DNA of 56,205 nt, filler included, from Sphacelaria rigidula (GCA_964200075.2; 5 parts of 5 records of this genome joined end to end with filler, not necessarily neighbours in it), one strand, 5' to 3'; shown: positions 41,220 through 54,921, counted from the first letter of the whole stretch. The notes: generated by a model not told the origin, from the letters alone. Translations and numbers: made by a program.

Positions 41220-41687
41220 ACCACACCCCGTTTTATTTGTNNNNNNNNNNCCCTGAGAGACTTGCACCCCGACTGAAAATCAGGGCATGGACCACCCCCC
41301 CCTCCCTCTCTTCCTGTTTCAAGAATATACGGTGTAGTTGCGCGTGGTCCATGCCCTGATTTTCAGTCGGGGTGCAAGTCTCTCAGGGACAGGCTGCTTT
41401 ATTGAACCCACGTCAAAGTATAATCTTATATTTCGCTGTTGTGTCTGGTACTACGATGAAGTTCGATGTTTTTTTAGTAATTATCGTACCGTACTGTTGT
41501 TGAAGTGTGGTCGTGAAGGTTTTCCACCAAAGGGTCCGCGCGCATCAAATCGCATGTAACAGTCACCAAAGCATGGAAACAATGTAGCACAAGGTGGCCA
41601 CATACTCCACCGACAAGCTATTCTTCTCTAGTTGAAGCCTCCCAACACACACCACACCACAACCAACACAAAAACCAAAAAAAACAG

Positions 41688-41722
<35 letters not shown>

Positions 41723-42095
41723 AANNNAAAGGGATGCGTGGTCAATGGTCAAATGACTAAGGCAAGCAACAAATGAGTACGCCTCCCCCTCCCGCCTCTC
41801 CGTCATATCACAAAATGTCCCCTATTTAATTGTCCCCTAAGCCCCGACTGTTGTAGCATTCTCTATAATTTTCATGCTTTCGGTGGTCTTTTGCATTCAT
41901 TCAGTCTGGTGACATGCCTGGGGTGTTCACGACTACATGAACGTTTTTATCTTCCTCAGGCCGCCGCGCCATCCCCCCTCAAGAGCGGTTACCTTGTAGA
42001 TAATGACCACGGCTGGATTACTTGGGATCAGTTCACCCGCGGCAATCAATCCATACATTAATCAATAAATCAAATCCAACATTGCGAATAAGCAG

Positions 42096-44536
42096 GAACT
42101 TTGAGGCGACCAAGGGCCCCGTTTTCGGCGGCAATAGCAGACTCCGCTGACACGTGGGCTGCGAGGGACAGGGGCCTAGGGCGAAGGGGCCTTGCGTCTT
42201 TGGCATCACCCGCGCCTGTGCCTATGGCCGCGGTCAACAATCTCCCGGATTACGTGCTCAACTGTCCGGAGACGCGGGTGACGACCCTGCCTAATGGACT
42301 ACGTGTGGCTTCCGAGGTGAGCAAAAAATGATAATAAAGACGAGAGGGGTGTAAAGACGGGAGGGGGGGAGAAGCTGAAACTGTACGGGGGGATATTTTC
42401 TCCACACACTCGGAAAAATGGAATTTTGTTCGTTAATTTCAACTCTTTACATTGCTTGAATGGAATGAAGTGTAGATGATATTTTTTTCTCGGATTTCCG
42501 CCGGCAATACGAATTGTCCTTCAAGCGGAATGTTGGGCTCGCGACTCGGCCCGAGTGCTTCGTGCCGTAGGGGACGGTGGATATACTACGGATATGTAGT
42601 ATAACACCCCCTGAAAACCACTCCTGGGTAATTCGCTTTCGCCTCTGTTTTGCGCCGTGTCATAAGCTGCAAAACTATACATAAGGGGTCCCCGCACAGT
42701 GTTGTCAGAATCATTTGTCGCCATTAGTCGGATTGGCCGCGCCTATGTCAAGTATTTGCATCATACCACAATTCACCCAATTTTTCTCCATGTGCTGGAT
42801 TTGCCCCTCTCTGGAGCTTCTTCTTTAGGGTAGTGTATTCCCCTGTTTTCGTTCACCTTGGGTATGCATCTCTATATTTTATCTGATGACCACGTCTGGA
42901 GTCCTAGATCAGCTAATGTGCGGCAATCAATCAGCCAATCGATGACTCAATCGATCCAACTGTAGTGTGCGGATCCAGCGGCGTCATGCGGTCATGTCGG
43001 GCTGGCGACCCACCGCACTATGCTGGGATTCCCTCTGTATAGGGGGACGCAGTACGGCAACGCACTATACTGGGATTCCCTCTGTACAGCACCCGAGCAG
43101 CGAAATGGAGCGGGGTTTAAGTGTCGGATTATAGTGGGAAAGGGGATTGAATTCAAGAGAGATTGTGCGAGAAGGTAAGATGTGGACATACCTGTGTGTG
43201 TGCAAAAAATGTTATCATTTCACTGTTTCCCCTTGGTTTTCTGTGAACCCGAAGCGGGCTCACTCGATTGTTAGGCTTGCTAAGCTGCAATAATTAGTCA
43301 CATCGCACACATCGCACATTAGATGGAAGACAGAGATGACAAGGACCGGGCCACTCCAAAAAAATGAAGGAGAAAACAACTGTCAACCAATGACCAACAC
43401 GTACTAAAACATAGCACCCTCCTTACACGATGAGAATGGGGCACGAGAATAGCACCAGTAGCAGTGAACCGAACACAGTTAGGTTTGAATCACAATGTCA
43501 TGGGCGAGCGGGGTTGCTGACGAGGGGGGTTTCGTCCCAGTTCGGGGACATAATATCCATGTTTGAAATAACGCTGATGTTGACCATAACTCTAGCCCCA
43601 ACCCGAGGCATACCGACAACCCTCAGGCAACGGGGTTGCAAGGGAAGCTCTGGGGATTGTCAGCACCCACTGCAGATCCGGATCTGTGTTCACACACAGC
43701 TTCAATCAAGTACTATAGTATCAACTATGGATAGAATGGCCCCGAACGGGAACAACGTTTACTTCCACTGACGATCACGGAATCGGCATGTCTGTAGAGG
43801 TACCGATTCCCCCCCCCCGTGTGTATATATATATACACCACTTCTGGGTAATGACGTTTCGGGTCCAACACTGCATCATCATTAGGAATCGTGTAGACCG
43901 TCGTCACTTGCGGCATAAGAGTCAAGGCAAGCGTTACGTATGTCATTAGCAAGTGCATGTCAACCATGGGTTTTTGATGACGAGTTCGTGCGCCATCCCA
44001 CACTGTATCGCATCGCGTCATTAGGTAGGTAGGATATCACCCCCCACTGAATACCACCCCTGAGTGATGACCTAAGGGGCGGAGACGTGGTCATTAACGG
44101 CCGATTGATTCATTGTGATTAGCGCACAGGAACTGATTCCCGAGGGAGGCAACCGTGGTGGTCATGATCCACAAGATAGACGCACGGTAATATCCGAGGT
44201 AACAGAACCGAAACACTCGCTAGAGAAAGAGAAATGTGAAAGTAATAGAAAGGATATCACAAGCAAACATATATGTTCTTATTGTCTTATTATGGGGGCA
44301 TGGGCGGGTGGCGATCGTCCTTCGACTACATCGTATCGGCCACAGACAGGCCACGGAGCCACGGCATCAGTGGGAGTTTGGATTGATGCGGGCAGTCGGT
44401 ATGAGACCGCGGAGAACAACGGCGTGGCTCATTTCTTGGAGCATGTGGCCTTCAAGGGAACGAAGAAGCGCACCCAGACGAAGCTCGAGACGGAAATCGA
44501 AGACATGGGAGCGCACCTGAATGCTTACACCTCCAG
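42096..44536 (+). CDS. PMPCB: Mitochondrial processing peptidase beta subunit (peptidase M16B); partial, 2 clear exons
   Basis: Exon 42096-42316 has an Arg/Ala-rich presequence-like stretch, then [17 protein letters not shown]. Exon 44346-44536 ([32 protein letters not shown]...[10 protein letters not shown]) has the intact HxxEH zinc motif. A weak candidate micro-exon lies upstream at 41960-41987. The rest of the gene is off the scaffold. Confidence 0.92.
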
Positions 44537-44760
44537 GTATCATGTTTTGTCGGAGGGGCGGGTGGGGGGTGGGGCGTAATCATTTCTTGCTTGCCTTAGT
44601 CGTTTGACCATGACCACGCATCTCTTTCGAGACGGAGCACCGTTCCTACTTCTAACAGAGACAACTCCAACGTTCCGGCGCTCATAACGTTTCTTCCATA
44701 CATGACACAAGAACATTTTACATATCTTATCCCCGTCCTGTTTCGCCGATGGGGGAGGGG

Positions 44761-44945
44761 CGGGGGGGTGTACTCATGATCTTGCATGCCGTAGTCGTAT
44801 GACCATTTACCTCGCATCCCTACAATGCTGGAGCACGCCGGGTTTTCGCCGGACCAGGCTTGCACTCAAACCACCAAGCGCGAAGCACCGTGGTGTGTTC
44901 GGCGAGTCGCATGAAGGGTGGGCTGCATCCTGCTGGGATTGTTCG
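44761..44945. repeat. Dispersed repeat starting GGGGTGTACTCATGATCTTGCATGCC
   Basis: Close copy at ~49396-49578 and an inverted terminal fragment at ~8282-8311. Confidence 0.75.
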
Positions 44946-45045
44946 NNNNNNNNNNNNNNNNNNNNNNNNNNNNNNNNNNNNNNNNNNNNTTAATTAATTA
45001 ANNNNNNNNNNNNNNNNNNNNNNNNNNNNNNNNNNNNNNNNNNNN
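44946..45045. other. Artificial scaffold linker (N44-TTAATTAATTAA-N44)
   Basis: Same 100-bp spacer as the other linkers. Confidence 0.97.
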
Positions 45046-45099
45046 CCCCTCCAAAACCCAAAGGCAAACAAACCATGGGACCGCCCCCCCCCCCCCCCC

Positions 45100-47850
45100 G
45101 GACTATGTGCAAACGAGGACCTGGGGGCTGGTGTGCAAGCGAGGAAGTGCAGCGCGAGATTCATGAGGCGTGGAGAAAGAGAGAGGCTGCCTGTGACTAC
45201 GTCGCGGTGCCCCAGCGGACACCGCTCTGTGAAGGTAAGCTGAACCAACTGAGAGACAGGCCCGTGTGCGACTTCTTTGAGAAGTGGGCAACGCAGCTCG
45301 AGAAGAGAAGCCGTGAAGGAGACATGGTCACTTTATACCAGTACATGAAGGGGCTGGACGTGAAAGGAAAACGGTCGTCCGCCTCGCAAAGCATCAGGGA
45401 CGAGGACGGCAAGCAAGCTGCTGCGAGCCCCCGTGCTCATCCTCGCGCGACGGGCCAGGTGGTTCCATAAACTCCTCATAAACAAGTCGCCGACCCTCAA
45501 CCCGCGAATTGCCGAGTAGGTCAGATAGTGCCTTAAGTGCGTGCCGCTCGACGATATACCGTCCAGGTTTGAGGTCGAGGAAGCGATATACGGGGAATGA
45601 CCAGCAGGAATAGCTGGAGCATCAGGCTATTCCTCGGTGGAGACCAAAACCTCCTCTGTCGATTTCACAATATCATGTTCACCATGTGGCAGACGGGAGA
45701 GATGCCACAGCAGTAGACGGACACCACCATTGAGGACTTGTTCAAGATTGAGGACACGACGGGTTGTGGCAACTACCGGGGCATCTCTCTCGCGGCGCAC
45801 ACTGTCAACGTGACTCCAAAGCTCATCACCACACGCGTGAGCAACTACTGCGAGCGCGAGGGCATCCTCCCGGAGGAGAAAAGTGGCTTCCGTACAGACT
45901 GCTCGACCTACGACACGATGTTTGTGATCCGGAGACGCCACCATCTGGTGCGGAAGAAGAACACCCCGCTCTACGCGTGCTTTATCGATCTCACCAACGC
46001 ATACGACTCCGTCGACCGAGAGCTCCTGTGGACCGCGCTTAAGCAATTTGGCGTGCCCTCTAATGCGATGGCCATCATCCGCCAGTTCGACGACGGCATC
46101 AGGGCGCGTATGCGGGTGGATGATGGGACGTTCTTCGACGGGGCCCCAACCTAGCACCTTTCCTGTTCAATTTTTCTTCGCCGCAGTGCTCATGGTGTCA
46201 ACAGACGAGTTTGTCGAAGACGACGAGAGGACGGCGGACATGGCTAAGATCAAGAGACAAGGGAAAAGGGGAAGATCATGATGGCGGAGGGCGAGGAGCC
46301 GCTGTCGGGCATGATGTACGCCAACGACGCGGGCATCGTTACACGATCGCCGGAGAGCCTCGAGAATATGATGCCGGCCACCGTGGGCGTTTCGGGTTTG
46401 ATGGGACTGAAGGGATCGAAGCCGACGACGAGAATCATGTGCTTGTTCCCAAAAGGGGTGGAGGAGTGCCTACTCAGGGTCAACATCGGCGACCAGATAT
46501 ACAAGCAAATCATCAAGTTTGTGTACCTCGGGGGGACTATTTGCGAGGGCGGCAAGATGAAAAAGGAGATGGAAAATAGCCTGGACAGAGCATGGGGATG
46601 ATACAGGCGGAATGGCCAATCGATTCACGACTGTCTGGAGCTCCCCCCCTCCTCCCCCCTCCAGCTCAAAGTACGACTGTGGTTGAAACCCTTCTGTACG
46701 GGTACAAGACGTGGACGCTCTTGAAGAAGTTATATGACAAGTTCAACAGTGTCCACCGCTATTTCCTCACCCGCGGCATCGGGTGGAGCAAGAGGACCCG
46801 CGCGGATCTCCCTCTGTCCTAGGCTGAGGCTCTCAAGCCCAACTCCACTGAGACCCTCGAGGCCACCGTGCGCGAGCGGAGACTAGTCTTGCGAGATTCG
46901 TCCTGTGCATGACAGACGACCGATTCCCGAAGCGCGTCATGCGGGGAAGGTTGGAGGGGGGGTACGGGTGCAGATGGGGGCAAGAGCGCGACTGGATGCA
47001 TTGCCGAGAAGAGGACCTTACGTTCTTTGATATGGAAGAAGAGAGGGAAGAGGGGGTGGGGTGGAAAACGAGCGCCAAGGAACCAAAATAATGGTACAGA
47101 AATATGGGGAAAGGAGTGAAATGGTTCATGACGGAATGGCACTGACAAGAGCAAAAAGCATCGGCCGATCGCCGTTGGAAGAGAGCGGAAACTGAAGCAA
47201 AATGAAGAACGAGGGAGAGCGACGCTGCGAACGGCCTGGAAAGAAAACGAACCGGCAAAGGGAACGAGGGGATGGGGAGGCTGCACCACTGTCAAACAAA
47301 CGAAGATGGCAGAGGCAGAGCGCGTGGCGAGATTTATGACCGACTGACGACGCCGCCCCCCTTTCCTCTTCTTCGTTTCACCTTGTCTTGTATTTTGTTT
47401 CGTTCTTGGTTTGTTTCCACTTGTTTGATATTACTTTGTCCTGTCCTGCTCTGTCTTTTGCCTGTTTTGTTTTTCACATTTCCCTTCTTGTGGGCTCATT
47501 TTCTTGGTTCAATCATCCTTTGGCCCTTGTCGCCTCGTCTCACCGTGCCCTGCCTTGCCCTGCCTTGCCCTGTCCTGTCTTGTTTGGTATGCCGACCCAG
47601 GTAGTTTCCCCACCTTAATCTTTTCGGCATACTATGGCCTACGTACCATGTGGCCGACGATTTATTTTCGCAAATTTAGTTTGTTCTTTTGAGCCGCACG
47701 TACGTTTTTGTGTATTTTCTTCTTTCACTGACGTGGGTGCAGAGCCCCGTCCTTCGGGGCGCCCGCCGTGTTTTCCCGTTCGCGGGTGTACTACATATTC
47801 CCCCTTACATTCTGTCTTTTTCGGTCATGGCTTCGTGACCACGTAGTCAA
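45100..47850 (+). mobile_element. Degenerate non-LTR retrotransposon (RTE-like LINE): ORF2 reverse transcriptase remnants plus probable 3' UTR
   Basis: Collinear, frameshifted motifs IRDEDGK, GNYRGISL, EKSGFR, FIDLTNAYDSVDRELLW, MYANDA (YADD mutated), FVYLGG, ETLLYG..TW and DDRFPKRVMRG. Pyrimidine-rich downstream region ~47350-47600. The 3' boundary is approximate. Confidence 0.9.
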
Positions 47851-48009
47851 CACCGAAAATCGGATATGGGGCAATCCTTTCAGAATCAGTGCGGACACTT
47901 CGCAGTATTATTTTCACCGTACAACGAAATTCGCGCAAAAATCGAAAATGACTTCATTGCTCACGAATATTGTAGTTTACGTGTTACCCACCTCGCAAGC
48001 AATCTGAAC

Positions 48010-48694
48010 CTGCCGCTCGAACCACGGTAGTTGTAAGTCCGGGGCGGGGAAGCCGTCTGAGTAGTCCAAACCGCACTCTCCCACGCATCGCACTGCACGA
48101 CACTCACGCCACAAGGAGGTGAGCGCGGGAGCAGGCGGCCATCAGTAAAACAGCAGTTAGCAACACCACGAGCATGGTGAGAACTCCCTCCATGTCGTAT
48201 TCACGCACAAGGCCGAAACACATATTTTTAATTATTTACAACAGCGGGTCGCCCCCTATCGGAGCTGCCAAACCAAGGTGTGAAAACTTACATAGAGGAT
48301 GGAATTAGACGGCCCACCGAGACGTCTTGCCTGTCACATGATTATCTACATATCAATGCGGTGCCTCTCCTTCGTTTCGCACTTTTCACTTTTCCCTGCC
48401 ACACACACATCACGCCTCACCCCCCGCCTGAACAACAGTGTACTGAAAGACTGTTCACAGAAAATCAATAATAATACTAGGTGAGCCGTACGCACTGGCC
48501 TGGTGAAGAAGTAACCTACTTCCACGTTAATTGGCGATTTTGATGGACATCGAATGATGATAATAAGATACTTCTGTTACTTTATCCATGCCTCGTTTGT
48601 CCATGGCGAGGTTTGTAACGGCTTTCATGGCATTATCCAGCGATCCCGCCTCTTGCACATGGTATGGATGCACTCCAGCTGTTGGGAATATCAC
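48010..48694 (-). CDS. tatD: TatD-family metal-dependent DNase; partial, 2 internal exons
   Basis: Exons 48694-48592 (VIFPTAGVHPYHV...MDKR) and 48092-48010 (VRCVGECGLDYSDGFPAPDLQLPWFERQ) carry the TatD GxHP and GExGLDY motifs in correct order and spacing. Other exons were not identified. Confidence 0.85.
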
Positions 48695-49919
48695 CTGGAG
48701 GGTAAAAAACAAACAACATACGGTACATAGACACATACATGGCCTACTCGTACGAGCAATGCCATTTTTGCAGAAGTTGTTAAAGAGAGTGATGAATGGG
48801 AGCGGCGAGCAGCCTGCACAGCAGCGTGCTTGGCAGCAACGCGCTTGCAGATGCAATGGCGCTCTGATGTGGTAGCATACCGGCTGCCGCTTCAAGGTCG
48901 GTGTATGGTGAGCAACGGACAGCCATGCATGCGGCCTACCGGTACCCACTGGTGCGTGTTGTATCCAACGCGTCGCATAACACCCGTATTTCACCGCGTA
49001 CAAATGTGGGGAAAACAGACGAAAATAAGTGGCGTTTGGCCTCACCACGGGTCGGAGTTTTCGATATTCCTGTGGCAGGTGCCAAACTTTGACGATGCCG
49101 CGCAGAAGCACGACGGGTCGATTCTCTGCGGACCTTTACACTCGGCATGACTAGAGCATAACGAAAGGGTGTAATACTTGCAGTAGACTTTACCACTTGG
49201 TAGGTATTGGATTTTAGTGTGGTGTAAATCCGGATCTTTGAAGGGGTGCTGTGCTCCTGGCGTGCTCCTAGCGTGCGAAGAACGCGTTTTCGTCTAAATC
49301 GGCGCCTGGGGCGCCGATTTGAGGTCTGGCAACGCATACTTTGTGCAGGGAAGGTTTTGCACTCCTTGCCCGAGGGTTTTCGGGATTCATTCGTTGGGAT
49401 GTACTCATGATCATGCATGCCATAGTCATATGACCATTGACCTCGCATCTTTACAAAGCCGGGACGGAGCACGCCGGGTTTTCGCCGGACCAGGCTCGCA
49501 CTCGATCACCAAGCGCGAAGCACCGTGGTTTGCTCAAGGGTGCATGAAGGGTGAGCTGCATCCTGCTCCATTTGTTCGGCCCGAAGCCTACTGATTATCT
49601 TGCATTTGGATGACTAGCATACGATGAGCTGCTTCGCTTTCTGGTATTGCCACTTCCAGAGCCAGCCACGCCTTATACAGTGCGCCATGGGTGTCTCACA
49701 ATTTAAACACTACGTACTATAGTACGATTATCTCCGTTGTGCGGAGGTGAGGTTTTCCCACGCCGCACAACCTAATCTAGCTTGACCACCATGATGTTTA
49801 CCGTGAAAACAATGCAAGAGCGCAAAACAAATCGGCAACCTGGTTCCCTAGCTTACGCAGTGAGTGGCGTGTTTTAAAGCGCCATCGCCAACCGACGCCA
49901 ACCCCTTCGGGGTCGCACC

Positions 49920-49959
49920 GTTAGGGTTGGGGTTAGGGTTGGGGTTAGAGTTAGTGTTA
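49920..49959 (+). repeat. Degenerate interstitial telomere-like (TTAGGG/TTGGGG) tract
   Basis: GTTAGGGTTGGGGTTAGGGTTGGGGTTAGAGTTAGTGTTA. Confidence 0.55.
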
Positions 49960-50228
49960 TTCGAAATCATAAATTTCCGAGAAACTTGCGATACCTACCA
50001 AGTGATGAACTAACCTCAACACTTGTAAAGCTTTCGTTCAAGTAAGATGGTGGGAAACACACCGTGCAACAAATCACTGCAAAAAACAACAGGACCTTGT
50101 ATGAGGGTTACTATAACAAAATTGGCCTTTTTTTGCAGATGCCATATGAACCTGCACCACACATACTATGTCTGCACCCACCCACCGCCACAACACAACG
50201 CGTGAAAAGAAGTCAGCGCCTCATCAAC

Positions 50229-50972
50229 CATGAACGAAGGATCCTGAAAAATGAGGTTGAACACTCAAATGGGGGTTGAACTCGCCTTCCGAATAGTCCC
50301 ATTTCACGTAAAACAGTATTGCAAATACAACCAAGTAAGGGTTTTATCTATTGAAAATTCCCCTAGATTGCCTTGTCGCGCATCTCTGCTCCGGTGTTGA
50401 AAGTCATATATATATATATATATATATATCATTTCGTACATTCGAAACGGCTCTCATCAGGTGAGAGGAGGATGCTTTCGTCGGTTTCCTTCGGGTGCCA
50501 TCAAAATTGTTCCGGGCTCATTTCGAACTCTCTCGAGATGATAAAAAGGGGATACTTTCATGAGAAGTAAAGCGCCGCCGTTGGTGTTTCGAGAAAGAAT
50601 TCCCCTTGCTGGAAACATTTGATGGATGTAAAAATAGTATATTTCACAGGTGGGAAACTCCCTGTCCCTTGAGAATTTTTCTAGGACTCGAAAAAAAAAC
50701 AGTATTTTCTTCCAAGATGAGGGAATCTGATTAACAGCGGCTTCCCTCACCTGGTGAGGGCCACTTCGAATGTACGAAAGGAAACATATATGGCTTTAGA
50801 TACCGGAGCAACAATGCGCGAGAAGGAAAGACAGGGGAAGTTTCAACAGAAGAATGGAACCCTCAGATGGTTGTTTTTGCAAAACTGTTTCAGGTAAGAT
50901 ATGACTTTTCGGAAGGCGAATTTTAGCGCCATTTGAGTGTTCAACCTCAGTTTTCAGGGTCTTTGGTTCATG
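50229..50972. mobile_element. MITE with ~70-bp imperfect TIRs (744 bp)
   Basis: CATGAACGAAGGATCCTGAAAAATGAGGTTGAACACTCAAATGG... at the left end is mirrored by ...CCATTTGAGTGTTCAACCTCAGTTTTCAGGGTCTTTGGTTCATG at the right end. A partial relative lies at ~14680-15130. No clear TSD. Confidence 0.75.
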
Positions 50973-53900
50973 ATATATTTAGTGAGAGCCGTGTGCACCT
51001 ACTGTAACATGTAAACAACCATGACACTAGACAACTACACCCAGCAGTGCAATGCATCATTTTTCGCCACCACGATTACATTCAGTGCAGGCCGGCAGGT
51101 GTGGGTGTGCAATCGTGTCGAACATAGAGCCCGTTTTTAACCTTAGACAGCGACCCCTCCGCACGAGGACTAAGATGGATTATGCTACATTTGGGATTCA
51201 AAAGAACTCCTTTCTCTCTACACACAACGACTTTTTTTCATGAACATGTGGATACTGTATTGGGCATCTACATAGAAAATAGTCCCGGAGAACCCCTGAC
51301 CGGTTTCGTTGACCCTGCAGTCTAAAGCGTGCACAGTCGGTATGTGTGCTGTATGCCCCCGCTGGGTACAACGGTAAGAAGCGGTAAGCGTGTCATCGCT
51401 CTCCACTGATTACAGTCTACTGCATGCTGCTGATGCCTCTGCTTAGTGTTCCACAACAATACTGCAGACAGTGTGAAGCTATGCTGGTAACACACGAGGG
51501 GTAAGGCAGGCGGCACAGACCACGAGCAGAGAAAAAAACGTTATTTGTGCCCATGTGATTTATGGCTGAATCACCATGACCAAAATGAGAACTAAGGCTA
51601 CACAGCGAAGTAATCTACTTGTAGTCCACCTGTAGGGGAACAAAGTGATCATTTTGATAGCTGTGATTGGTCAGAATGGTCACTCCGCTCGTCTCGGGCC
51701 TGGTTCCGGGTTGATAATTTTCCGCGGGAAACTTCCAAACACACCTGGTTGACTTGGTGAGCTTTTCGTCTGTTCTGCGGACAGGCCCCCACCCCCCGTC
51801 AAAAACCACCCTCCCCGCCCCTTGGAAACCCCCGGATGTCTCCGGACGGTCAAACTGCTCCGAAGCAACGCTCGCTGACCAAGGGTTAACGAGACAAGAA
51901 AAATTAGAACATGCCGTAAGAGTGAAGGTCATTCTGGCCGTTTTCGTCCTTTTTTTGTCCTTCCGCTTGGTTGAGAGCTGATGCCACATTTTCATCACCC
52001 CCCAAAACCACTTTCACGAAAATGAATCAATTTGGAATTAAAGAAGTGGGAGCCCAGGAAAAATTCGATGAGGATACGAAACGGACGCAACATGATTGCC
52101 ACGATTGGGCTGTTCGGCTCTCCATGGGGTGCACATCTGGCTTTGTTGCCATCAGCACGCTGGCTTCATTCCCATTACCAGCATTGCATCGCATCTTCAG
52201 TTTCACCACTTTTCCCCGCTACATTGGAACGGCGCGTGATTTCTTGAGATGAAGTTGGGAACCGCCATTGCACGATCACTCTCATCTTTTCGCTCTCACT
52301 TTTTTTTGCTTCAACACACGGCCTTAGCGCACGGCCAGAAAGATGATGGCTCTCTTCATAGTTATGAGGTGCGCTTCATGTACGGATTTGGGGTAAGCGT
52401 ACCTTATGCTCACGATTACAAATCATACGGATTCCAAAAAAACGCTCGGAAAAGGCACGAGGTGTAGGCACCGAGTAATTCTCTTGCGCGCCGGCGAGCA
52501 GCTTGTAAAGTTCTTCCAGACATCAACGACTGGCATTAGCAAATAAAGTGCGCCACAATAGTACGTCTCGCAGTTGGTTCCGAAGACCTCGGTGTACTGT
52601 TTTGCCCGTTACTCGCTTGCCAGCGGTGCTTTGGATAACGCCGCTATTTTAACCACACCAAAATGAGAGATGATATGCGACCACAAAGGAGGTTAGTTGG
52701 TCACTTCGTAGGGTGTCGAACTTTTCTCGTAAATTTATTATTCCGATTAAGTCTGACCCTAACCCTGACCCCAACGAAGGCATACCGTGTTCCCTCGGGC
52801 AAGAGGGGTGTAAAGTGTTCCCTCGGGAAAGTGTACGTTGCCAAACCTCAAATCGGCAGCGCCGATTTAGACAAAACAAGACCTGCCCCCGCGAGGAGCA
52901 CGTGCGATGATAATGTTTCCGCACGTTCCCAGTCAGCATTTTCGTGCGTGATCAGATTTTTGATGCAACAGTTCAGACATTACCGTGTCTGCGCAGACCA
53001 ATTTCGGGTCAGGACTTGGATTTTGTAATTCCCCCGAAGTCCAAAAGTCAGTCCAAAGTCCGATTGTTGCGTTTCACTCGGTTTGGACTTTTAATAGGAG
53101 ATGCTATTGGCCAGCAGGCGTGACGTGTAACGCGTAACCGTCCTCCTGACAACACACACCAAACCAGCCACCCAGCTGCTCCCGCAAACACCAGAGCACA
53201 CGCCCAGAACATGGCGAATCAACGGATGATGGTGTGGCAGTGGTGTTCTTTTGAAGTCAGCACAGCAACATATGCGCAAATAAATAGTATGTTTAGCACA
53301 ACTTGACACAGACGTGACGTGTATCCGGTTTGCACAGAAGTTGTCGCAGACCAGGAGAATCATCTTGATCACAAATTTGCACAACTCATAAATCACATGG
53401 GCACAAACAACGTACTTTTACTCGTGGCCTGTCTTTGCCGCCTTCCTGACCCCTCTTGTGTTGCCAACATAGCTTCACACTGCCGTGTTGTTGTGGAACA
53501 CTAAACAGAGACACCAGTAGCGTGCAGTAGACTGTTCAGTGCAGAACGATGCACGCTCACTGTTTCTTGCCGCTGAGTCCAGCGAAGATATACAACATAC
53601 AAGAATCTGATAGATACTGACTTTGCGCGCACGTGAGTGCGGATGGGTGGGAACTCGTGAGGGTTTCTCCTGTAGTATTTTCTCTATATTTGCGGAGCAT
53701 CCAGGTAAACTCTAGGTATTAGACAGTAGGTCATAGTGTAAAGTAATATTATCCGTGTCCAGTCCCAAATCAAGTATGATTCCTCCAATGGTCGATAAAT
53801 ACTTAAATCTCACCCCATTTCTGCGCAGACCGAAACACAGCATGCAGCACTACAACTGTTCAGGAACTTTCCAGCGCACATCGCACCGTGATCGTCGTAG

Positions 53901-54921
53901 AGTGTTTAGATGCACGACAGCACAGCGACAACTACAGCATATAAATGATGGGTGTGGCAAGCGCCTTGTTCGTTTGACTCGAGACAAAATAGCTAACACA
54001 TCATCAAGGTTTCAACAGTATGTAGAGAGCACTGCCTGTCACAGCATTATTTTTCGAAGAGACGAGCGCCATGACAGTAATGAAGCAACTCAGGCAGTCA
54101 GTCCCAGCGGAGACCGAACCGTCTTCAAAAAGGCCTGGAGACACGACAGCGCAGCGACAGCTATAGCACAAAAAACAGCGCATGAGGGTGTTTGTGTTGC
54201 AGCACAGTGATACAGGATATGTTCCATGCGATAGGTCTTCCCCTGATTTCGGATGGGCTCGAGTTTGGCCGAGTGGCGGTTTTCAAACGCTGGGCCATAT
54301 TTGCGCTTCGCGCGAAAATAATTTATTTTCACCTTGAGTTATCCCCATCTGTGGGAGGTGAGCTAATGAATATCTGACTGGAGCACAGCCAACAGTACTT
54401 ACTGACTGTACTCAACAGCGATTAGCACGAACAACGTAAAACTGCAGTGTGTCAGCACAGCGGCTAATGATTGGTTTTGGACCCCCATAGCGCTTACAGA
54501 GACATGCGGCTACGTATCAAGTTTGCTGACTACTTCTGAGACTTGAGCAACTCCCGAAATCACGGCCTTGACAACGAGACACCAACAGCCTACATCGGAG
54601 AAAAGTGTACTGCGTACCGGAGCAACGGTCTCTCCGCTCCTGCACTGTACGCAGTACACTTCTATATACGTAGTCTACTGTCGAGGGTGCGCCATGACCT
54701 TGTGATATGCTTTCCTTCGCCGGCTTTTGAGGGCGATTACAGCAGATCCGCGCCGCTTTCTGCTCTCGGCATAGCTTCAAGCGTCACTCGCTATGCACCT
54801 ACCACCTCTCCAACACTGTCGAGCACAACGGGGCACGCACTGCTCGGGAGGCCAACCTTGGGCAACACTGTCCAACGTTTTCAGAAAGTAGTGAAAAACC
54901 TCTGTACAACTCCTGAAAATC

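Noticed and set aside
41170..41220. Long poly-C/poly-G tracts as functional G-quadruplex elements
   Set aside because: They are widespread in the window, often at contig breaks where length is unreliable, with no specific evidence of function.
43014..43090. Direct repeat pair CGCACTAT.CTGGGATTCCCTCTGTA.AG as a CRISPR-like array
   Set aside because: Only two units with a short spacer, intronic, eukaryotic context and no cas genes.
45627..46157. 176-aa minus-strand ORF
   Set aside because: It is the antisense frame of the LINE reverse-transcriptase region.
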